A stretch of 64,000 nucleotides of DNA from Zygnema circumcarinatum SAG 698-1b (Eukaryota > Plantae > Zygnematophyceae), in assembly GCA_037447605.1 (NCBI GenBank), contig CM074811.1:3668895-3732894 (forward strand). Direction: 5' to 3'. Within the stretch, counting starts at the first letter, position 1, and the number at the start of each line of letters is the position of its first letter. A program made the position numbers and the translations under genes. Below are positions 52,501-61,080 of this stretch, one piece after another. The notes under the pieces are model-generated. The model had not been told where the DNA came from. It saw only the letters and a list, made by a program, of their open reading frames with translations, and did not search any database.

Positions 52501-55245
52501 TCGCGTGTGCTTTTTCAGATACAGCTGTGGCACAGGGAGAAACGTGTCCACGTGACTTGGATAGCACCACAACGGCAATTGCAATGGATGGCTTAAAGAT
52601 GAATGGAAGTCTGGCGAGGTGGCGGAGCACCAATGACACGAGCTGTTGGAGTGAGCCGGCTGCAAACGAGTTTGCTGTTCGGGGAGACTCGTACCTGCAG
52701 GACAGGGTGAAGGTCCGTAGCTCGGAGGTTTCTTCTTCTTGGGTCTCTTGCTTAATGCGTTCGAGCTGTTGAAATGGCTGCATGCAGATGAATGAGGCGG
52801 AGAGATGTCAGTCAGAGTCAGTGCCAAGTGCGGTTGTTTTTGCTAGAACGAATGTCAGTTGGCTCATGATGAAACTGACGTACTTCTCAGACATGACTCT
52901 CGGTCATTCAGTTACGGTTTCATCCTTTGGTTTCGGAGGTATGCAGAATTGGCTAGCTTGTGTAGCCTGTGGTACAAACGTTTCTACCAATCAATGACAG
53001 CCTGTACTTTCATTGTGGATTGCGCTGTAAGGAAAAATGTCCCAGTAGTGTGGCAGCCCTCTAATTGCAAGGTACTGAGAAGATGCTGGAGTGCGCTGGG
53101 CAATGGGAAGGTTTCAGGCAGACCGACTTTGCTCAAGCTGGTGGCAGTCGATTGGTTCAAGTCACCAAATCGAGTGGACAATGTTTCTGTTCGGCCGGGA
53201 TCACTGGCTCAGGTATCGGGGTTCCCTTCATGATTCAATTGCAAGATTGACACATGCCAGCAAGCAAGCAAGAACGTATGCTTCGGTGTTCACCCATGCT
53301 ATAGAGATTCTGCCCGCGTAGCATCAGTTTGGTACTCATGACATACTTCAGCTTGCTCGTATCTACTTAGAGAGGATTAAATGCAACGTGCTAAGGCTGA
53401 TAAATCATGTCTGTATGTTCGTGATGCTTGAATCGGTGCTTGTCCTCGAGATGCTGCTCTATAGCCCCACTTCTTTCTCTCCGTTTGACTTGTTTCTCCT
53501 TCTTTGCATGTGTGGAACAAGCCAACGACAGGTTTCCTTCGCAGCAGTATCGGCGGAATGTAGAGCATTGCCCGATACTGCTGAAGCAGAAGGATGAGCC
53601 AATTCAGCCTTATCTCAGTTTCGCTCGTTCTGCCACCTCAATCTCCCCTCACACTCCCTCCCTACTTGCAAACGTGTGCAGTCGGAAGCGGCTCGCAGCA
53701 TTCCTTTCCTTCTCGTTATAAACCTACAGGTGCAGTGCTCGTTGCCATGGTTTGCATGCCATCAATGATAATGCTGTTGTTTCGCAAGAACTACACAGAA
53801 GGCCGCGAACTCGACAAAAGTTTCGCTGTCTTCCGTGGATTATCGTTTCATAATTGTTTTGTTTCGTCAATGCTTTTTTCGAAGTTAGGTTTTTCTTGAA
53901 GTTTGCGAAACATCGGCACGGCGGCGCTGTTGCCCGCGTACATCGGCTTAGCCCTGCAAGTGCGAACAGGACAACTAAAATTGAGCAAACTTATAACTGC
54001 AGCATGCCGATGCATGTCCGGGAACTCCGGAAAACCTTTGATCCTGGAGGTCTAAGGAGCCGCAATACCTGCACAAAGTGGTTCAAGTGTAGGAATCTCT
54101 TTAACAGAGATGTTGACGGCAAGTTTTGTTGATGTGAGAGTGACGATGGATCTATGGCAGGTGCCTGGGAATACCAACTACAGCATGGTGTTTTACTTTG
54201 CTGCTGATCGACCGATATTGAAGGGTTCGTTGCTGGATAAGTTTGTTAATGGAGATAGTAATTTTAGGAATCAGCGGTTCAAGCTCATTCCGCGTATTGT
54301 TGAGGTAGGCCCGCCGTTTAACGTTTTCCTTCGTCATCCTGCTTCCTGCTTCCAAGTTGACCTTTACCTTTCTCAACGGCTCTTTTTCTCTGCATACCGA
54401 TTCTTGAAAGAACAACAAACATTGACTTTGAATTCGAAAATTTTCAAGGGTCTCCCTCGTCGGTTTGGTTCTGGCACTGTCTCGGTTTCAGGGCTATTGG
54501 GCAGTGAAGAGAGCAGTCGGCACAAAGGCATGTCTTTTGGGGAAGGCAATAACTTGCCGATATCTGCGCCAAGACAATTTTTTGGAGGTAGAATGATGCC
54601 TCTTTCTTGACGATTTCCTCGAAAATCGAATGCTAAGGAGTTCCGCAGTTTGCTGTTCACAAGGAGTGGGATTTGTGTCAGTAATGCCGGGGAATGTGTG
54701 GCATCTATCCCCGATATCAACTGGTCAGCAATGACATGCATATGCAACTGTTGGAGAGGCGCACGGATCGCCACTTGTCGTGACCATGGCAAACATTAGT
54801 GTAATGGCATTGCTGCCATAGTTTGCACGCCACGCCAGTGAGAGAGGCAGCTGTGATTTGCCGTGTGGGTGGTGCAGATCGACTGCGATATTGGAGCATC
54901 GTCCGTAGCGCGCGGCATCATGGGCGTTGTGGTTGGCTACGTCACAAGCCTTGTAGTCGACCTTGCTGTTCTCATTGAGGTGAGGAGGGTCCTCGCCTTC
55001 CGGAGTGCGCTGTCCTCTTGGCTGCACAGCAGCCGTTATTCAGAACAGAGTGATCTACTGGCTTCTACTGCTATGGAACATTTTGAGTTGAGTCATCAGT
55101 ACGATTGGACGCTTGGGGGGCTGAAAAACGGTTTGCTGTGTGCGTTCAGGCGGTGACGACAGAGGAGTTGCCGGAATACCTTCTTGGAGCCATGCGGGTG
55201 CACCACTTGAGCTTGCAAGACGCAGTGGAACCTCCGCCGGCATGA
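46552..55245 (+). CDS. EDR2L: ENHANCED DISEASE RESISTANCE 2-like protein (PH + START + DUF1336/EDR2-C), about 20 exons
   Basis: PH: GWLYHV..LRRFVALSG / KPVRRGV..VEDLGR / VLRLYNELD / FGCSSAEAAQLWISAF. START: GLRFFED / VRAVGTVDASADAVFELL / WD..IEVIDGHNDILY / RDVVYSRYWRRDQDGSY. DUF1336: WSEPAANEFAVRGDSYLQDRVK / LKLVAVDWFKS / PFLLVINLQ / VP..NYSMVFYFA..FRNQRFKLIPRIVE / GYWAVKRAVGTKACLLGKA / IDCDIGASSVA..SLVVDLAVLIE / EELPEYLLGAMR..*. Confidence 0.9.
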
Positions 55246-56305
55246 GTACGGGGGTCTGAACTGTTTCTTGGAATTTGAGTTTGACATTTCGATATCAGAG
55301 TCAAACAATTGTCCACTCGCCGTGCTCCTTCAACGGATTCAGTCGTCATTCAGCCGTGGCAGGGCGAAGAAATGTCAACCACCCTGTCGTGGAAATTGGT
55401 CAACTCCAAGGAAACCGTATTTTGTGTATAAAGAGATTAGGAGAGTTTCTGGATCCGGCTAAATTGTGAAGTGTATAGGCGATGCCTGTGTGTCTGTCCT
55501 TAGTTTATTTTTGGCTGCTCTCGTGCTTGTCATTCCTCCAAAATCCATTAAACCCACGGATGATAAAAGCCACGATTGGAAATAGGCTTCACAACTTTGA
55601 CCTGACCTATCGTCGCCCTTTCCTTTCTGCATTCGCGGCAAGAGACAGCCTTAAAGTCGTCATTTCCCTGTTCAACTCGCATTTGCTACCAAACTGAGAT
55701 CGTTGCGGTTTTTGAAACCATAACTCGAATTTCCGTTGGCTTCTCCTCTCCTAACGGTCGTCGAGATTTTAAGGAAAACATGGTCACGGTGGCAGACGAT
55801 GATGGCACAGGCTGCGGATGGTATGTGGAGACACGGTACGGTTCCATGGAGAAGGGCGTAAAGCCCAATGAAGGATGACCACCAAAAGGAAAACAGGGGG
55901 ATGACCCTCTCTGCCACCAGTTCCAGTTCCAGTTCCACAACTCTCAGTTCTTGTTGCCTACAAGCCCATTGCCGACTGACTCACTTCTCACTCCTCCCCC
56001 CTTCCACACCATTTCCGCGTGCGGTCCGTGCCGTCCGTCCCCGTCCCGTCCGGCATCAGAATGGAACCGCGATTGGCGCCTGCTGGAGCGTTAGCTGCCG
56101 GGCGGCAGGCGGAGCCGGGACCGTACGGACACCACGCGAGCGACCAACGGCATCCAACGCACGAACGTAATTCATCATTTATCCATTTATTAGGGCGGGC
56201 CGCGTTGCCGAGTGCCAGACTGCGAGTGCCTGATTACCTGCCTGCCTGCCTGCCTGCCTGCGCTCCACTCACCTCCCTTCCCCTCACCCCTCCGCGGCGG
56301 CAGCC

Positions 56306-59300
56306 ATGGCGGCGTTCAGCGCGTACACGGCACCCGATCTGGTCCGCGAGCCGTACTGGCCCGCCGCGCAGCTGCGTGTCTCCGTTACGGGCGCGGGCGG
56401 GTTCATCGCCTCGCACCTTGCGCGGCGCCTGAAGAGCGAGGGGCACTACATCGTGGCCTCTGACTGGAAGCGCAATGAGCACATGTCAGAGGACATGTTC
56501 TGCGACGAGTTTCACTTGGTGGATCTGCGCGTCATGGATAACTGCCTCAAGATCACCAAAGGCGTGGATCACGTATTCAACCTGGCTGCAGACATGGGCG
56601 GCATGGGGTTCATCCAGTCCAACCACTCCGTCATCATGTATAACAACACCATGATCTCCTTCAACGTCATGGAGGCCAGCAGGATCAACGGCGTCGCCAG
56701 GTGCTGGGACAGGGCTGCTGCTGCTGGTGCATCGCAACAGATACGCACGGAGGTCAGCTATGGGAAGCAGAAAACGGAGGGAGAAGTGGTAAATACGGGG
56801 GAAGAGAAGTGGCCTGAAGGGATTGATTTGGTTCTGACACCGAGTTGGCTCGCCCTCCTTTGCAGATTATTCTACGCGTCGTCCGCGTGCATCTACCCGG
56901 AGTTCAAGCAGCTGGAGACAGACAACATCAGCTTGAAGGAATCCGATGCGTGGCCTGCTGAGGTAAGCATAATGTGTCGTTTATAGCCTTACTTAACAGA
57001 TATTTTTTACCTTCATACTGGAACAATCCCTATCTGCTTCCGGAAAGCTTAGCATCATCGATCTGAGATATGGAATAGGACCTGCAAACATCTTAAGTTC
57101 AGCAGTCAGGGCATTCGCCACAGGCAAAACCAATGTTTATTTTTCGTACTGAAATGCGTAGCCGACTTATCTTCGGTAGACGGAGAGATGTAGAAGGCTG
57201 TCAGTCGCCGGTTTTCGCCGCCAATGAGGCCGTGTCAGGGAGTCCTACCTGCACATGGTCGTACTACGTCGCTCGTAGAACTGTTGCGCCATCGCGCCAT
57301 CCACCTGGAGAGCCCTGATGACTATCAGCCTAGCAATCTTTGAAGCGCACACACTGAGTGAGTGAGTGAAACACTGTAGAGCGAACAGACATAGCTCTAT
57401 TGGGGTTACTGGGCGGATGCCTGGAAATGGTGGCGTCATTATGTTTTTTTACAGACTGGGGGAATGCTGTGAGTGTTTGCTATGCGGAACAGAGCTGATG
57501 TTGAAGCATGTTGAAAATCCTTGGGTCGAGTACAGGTAGGAGGCGAGTGCTCGGGGCTCTTAGCCACATCTATGTTCGTTCCTGAGCTTAATCAGAATTA
57601 GTAGATTATTTTTTTGCTGCGATTTCCAAACTCGGCGTAGATCTCCCTCCCACTTTCTTTGTGTTTTCTTATGTTTTTTCTCTGGGTTTTTTGGGGGGTT
57701 CAGCCTCAGGATGCTTATGGATTGGAGAAATTGGCTTCCGAGGAGCTGTGCAAGCATTACAATAAGGACTTCGCGATTGAGTGCAGAATTGGCCGCTTCC
57801 ACAATATTTATGGCCCATTTGGAACTTGGAAGGGTGAGACGAACATTCCAATGATCAATATAATCTGCTGTCACGCATTGCGAAAGTAACCCTCCGGTTC
57901 TGCAAGGTTGTGGTCGTCAGAGTGGGAATGCTGGTTTTATGGTACAATGGCCGGATTTATTGTGTTCGCAGGTGGTCGCGAGAAGGCCCCCGCAGCTTTC
58001 TGCCGCAAAGTTCTTACATCCACCGACCACTTTGAGATGTGGGGAGATGGAAAGCAGACCCGATCCTTTACCTTCATCGACGAGTGTGTCGAGGGTGTTC
58101 TCAGGTGGGGTTCTTTCTCCCGACCTTACAATGACTTGTTGATTAGAGGTTGGCAAAATCTTGTCACGCGTCATTTTGTTGAGAATTTCGTATTCTTCCT
58201 CGCGCTGACGGATGCTTCCACGGTACGGATGAAAGGTTGAGAAGCTCAAAGTTTTAGTGTAGTATCTCTGTTTGTGCCCGGCGGACATTCTTTACCCTGG
58301 GATCTGATGTATCGCAGCTTTAGAAGCTGGTTGTTTAGGGTTGACTGATGAGCCGGATGTGGGCCTATTGCATGCTGGCTATTGTTTTGGGTCTATGACG
58401 ACGACCCGGAGTTTGAGCTCCTTGCCTTGTGTTTGACGGTTGAGTGAGGTTGACGTTGAGGTTTCTGGATGATAATGTTAAGACTGCTCACTTAGTGGTG
58501 TCAAGGTCTCATGGGGCGTGATTGAAAGTGATTTTTCCTTTCAATATCTTTTTTAAAGAAATATTCAAAGACCTGGTGTTCGTAAGTTAAGGAGATAAGG
58601 AGAAGTTATGGGGACGCTAATCAGTGCAAGGCGGAGGGAAATTCGGAAGCAAAGACGATGTTCTGGATGACTGAATAGTGCTCATGTGTGCTTCGGGTGG
58701 GCTTCGGGGAGTGGAGAGCGCTTCAAGCTTGACCTTGATGGCGGTTACGAAGGTAGCAAGATTAGCATGATTGGAGCACGGGTCCATGATGAATTCTAGA
58801 GCTCTACGTTTGTCATTCCTTCTGTCGCGCAAAGGGTGACGTCACAGGTGCTTCCGTACTCCATAGTGATCTCGAAGGCGCTTAATCGAGCATCGACCTT
58901 TTCCAACTGTGCCATTTGCAGGCTGACTAAGTCGGACTTCCGCGAGCCGGTGAACATCGGCAGCGACGAGGGCGTGAGCATGAACCAGATGGCGGAGATA
59001 GTGATGAGCATCGAGGGCAAGGTCATGCCAATCCAGCACATCCCCGGACCCGAGGGAGTGCGCGGTCGGAATTCCAACAACACTCTCATCAAGGAGAAGC
59101 TCGGGTGGGCGCCCTCCATGAAGCTGAAGGTGAGAATGTAGTTCTCAAATTCTAGTTTATTCGAGGTTAGATTTGATTCTTGGGTTTCTAAGTTGGTTTT
59201 GGCGGGGATTTTTGTAAGATTTCATAATCGAAATGATTGTCAGCAGGTTTATTTTTTTCTTTCCATCATTTTGTTGCATGTCAGTTGCTTAGGGTCTTGA

Positions 59301-59693
59301 AAATGCTTGGGAAGATATGAATTCATCACTGTAATGTCTGTTAGTTTTGTACATACAATTCTCATTCACGTTCATCTGCAGTTTAAATCCTTGAGGGTTC
59401 TGTTTCTCCCTTCAACCCTACAGATTAGAGTGTTCCAGAATTTGAAGGTTTGGGGTTGTTTAAGAAATTGTTAATTTTGGGTGAGCAGCCGTTTGATCTG
59501 CAAGTGAAACAAGGTTTCCTCTATGTTGTGTGATCAGGACGGCCTGGCCATCACCTACAAGTGGATCAAGGAGCAGCTGGAGAAGGAGAAGGCGGCAGGG
59601 AGCGATTGGAGTGAATATCAATCTTCAAAAGTTTGCTCTACTTCGGCTCCGGTGGTGCTAGGATCGCTCAGGAAGAAGGATGGAGAGGAGTAG
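56306..59693 (+). CDS. GME: GDP-mannose 3',5'-epimerase; exons 56306-56700, 56866-56962, 57704-57833, 57972-58104, 58922-59129, 59538-59693
   Basis: VSVTGAGGFIASHLARRLKSEGHYIVASDWKRNEHM..VFNLAADMGGMGFIQSNHSVIMYNN / FYASSACIYPE / PQDAYGLEKLASEE..RFHNIYGPFGTWKG / GREKAPAAFCRK..WGDGKQTRSFTFIDECVEGVLR / LTKSDFREPVNIGSDE..GPEGVRGRNSNN / ..APVVLGSLRKKDGEE*. Confidence 0.98.
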
Positions 59694-60079
59694 AGGGACT
59701 TCGAGTGTGGATGGAAGTTTCAGCGGTAAAAATCGAGTGACTTGGGAAGTGAGTTAAAATGAAAGAGAATTTGGCGCGCAGCGACATAATTAATGGTTTG
59801 GAACGGGAGAGAAGCGAGTGCGCAGTAGGAAAGGAAAAACATGTCCTAAAAATTGTTACAATGTAATGTATTGAGCTAACTGGCTTCAAGTTTTTTCTGT
59901 AGAGAGTGAAGTTTCTAAGTTGTTTTTCGAGGGATTTTTGTAAAGATTTCATAATTGAAACAATTAAGGGTTTGAGGGGTTAACCATATGGTTAACCATT
60001 TGTCGATGCCTTGTAGCGAACCATTTGCACGAGGCGGTGACTGTCTAAAGCCAGCCAAGGAGCAGAAGAAGTCTCCAGT

Positions 60080-60811
60080 AGAGAGAAAAGAGGGGAAAGA
60101 GGGAAAAGAGTGAAAAGAGGGAGAAAAGGGGAAAGAGGGAGACGAGGGGAAAGAGGGAGAAAAGGGGAAAATAGGGGAAAGAGGGGAAAGAGGGGAAAGA
60201 AGGGAAAGAAGGGAAAGAAGGGGAAAGCGGGAAACTACGGGAAAGCCGGGAAAAAGGGGAAGGAGGGAAAAGAGGGAAAAGACGGAAAAGAGGGGAAAGA
60301 GGGAGAAAAGGGGAAAGCGGGAAAACACGGGAAAGAGGGAAAAAAGGGGAAAGAGGGGAGAGGGAAAAAAAGGGAAAGTGGGAAAAGAGGGGAAAGAGGG
60401 AAAAAAAGGGAAGGAGAGAAAAGAGGGGAAAGACGGAAAAGAGGGGAAAGAGGGAAAAAGGGGGAAAGAGGGAAAAGAGGGAAAAGAGGGAAAAGAGGGA
60501 AAAAAAGGAAACAAGGGACACGAGAGAAAAGAGGGAAACGAGGTTTAAGAGGGAAAAAAAGGAAAAGAGGGAAAAGAGGGAAAAGGGAAACAAAGGAGAA
60601 CGGGGAAAAGGGAAACAAAAGAGAACGGGGAAAAGAGGGAAAAGAAGGAAGAAAGGGGAAAGAGGGAGAAAAGGGGAAAGGGGAAAGGGGAAAGAGGGCA
60701 AAGGGGGAAAAGAGGGAAAGAAGGGGAAAGAGGGGAAAGAGGGATAAAAGGGGAACAAGGGGAAACAGGGGAAAGAGGGAAACGAGGGGAAAGAGGGGAA
60801 AGAGGGAAAAA
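60080..60811. repeat. Polypurine minisatellite, about 730 bp, degenerate 9-bp unit GGGAAAGAG
   Basis: The + strand is almost purely A/G with 9-nt periodicity. Confidence 0.95.
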
Positions 60812-60815
60812 CGGC

Positions 60816-60954
60816 GAGGCACGAGGCACGAGGCACAAGGCACGAGGCACGAGGCATGACGCACGAGGCACAAGGCGAGGCACGAGGCACGAGGCGAGGC
60901 ACGAGGAGAGGCACGAGGCACGAGGCAAGGCACGAGGAACAAGGCGAGGCACGA
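60816..60954. repeat. (GAGGCAC)n heptamer tandem repeat
   Basis: About 20 imperfect units, directly between the purine tract and TGTAAC. Confidence 0.92.
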
Positions 60955-60966
60955 TGTAACAAACCC

Positions 60967-61039
60967 GCCTCCAGCAGGGTTCGAACTTAGGACCTCCCGG
61001 TATTCACCGAAGTGCTTTACCATTAAAAGGCAACCGCGG
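60967..61039 (-). pseudogene. Degenerate tRNA-like sequence (A-box/B-box-like; SINE-head or LTR-embedded)
   Basis: Minus strand: CCGCGGT TT GCCT TTTAATGGTA AAGC A CTTCGGTGAATACCGGG AGGTC CTAAG TTCGAAC CCTGC TGGAGGC, i.e. a D-arm with GG, an anticodon-like hairpin, an AGGTC variable loop and a TTCGAAC T-loop at tRNA spacing. The acceptor stem does not pair. Confidence 0.5.
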
Positions 61040-61070
61040 ATGTAAGTATTCGGCCATACAACCCATGTAT

Positions 61071-61080
61071 NNNNNNNNNN
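61071..61080. other. Assembly gap (10 N) between the putative LTR and the RT
   Basis: N run; gag, PR and the N-terminal RT are missing, so the real gap is probably much larger. Confidence 1.

Noticed and set aside
55750-55759. MSA (MYB3R) element CCTAACGGTC upstream of GME
   Set aside because: A single consensus match about 550 bp from the ATG, as expected by chance; GME is not a known G2/M gene.
60967-61039. Functional tRNA gene
   Set aside because: The acceptor stem does not pair, the T-stem has two mismatches and the anticodon loop is irregular; kept only as tRNA-like.
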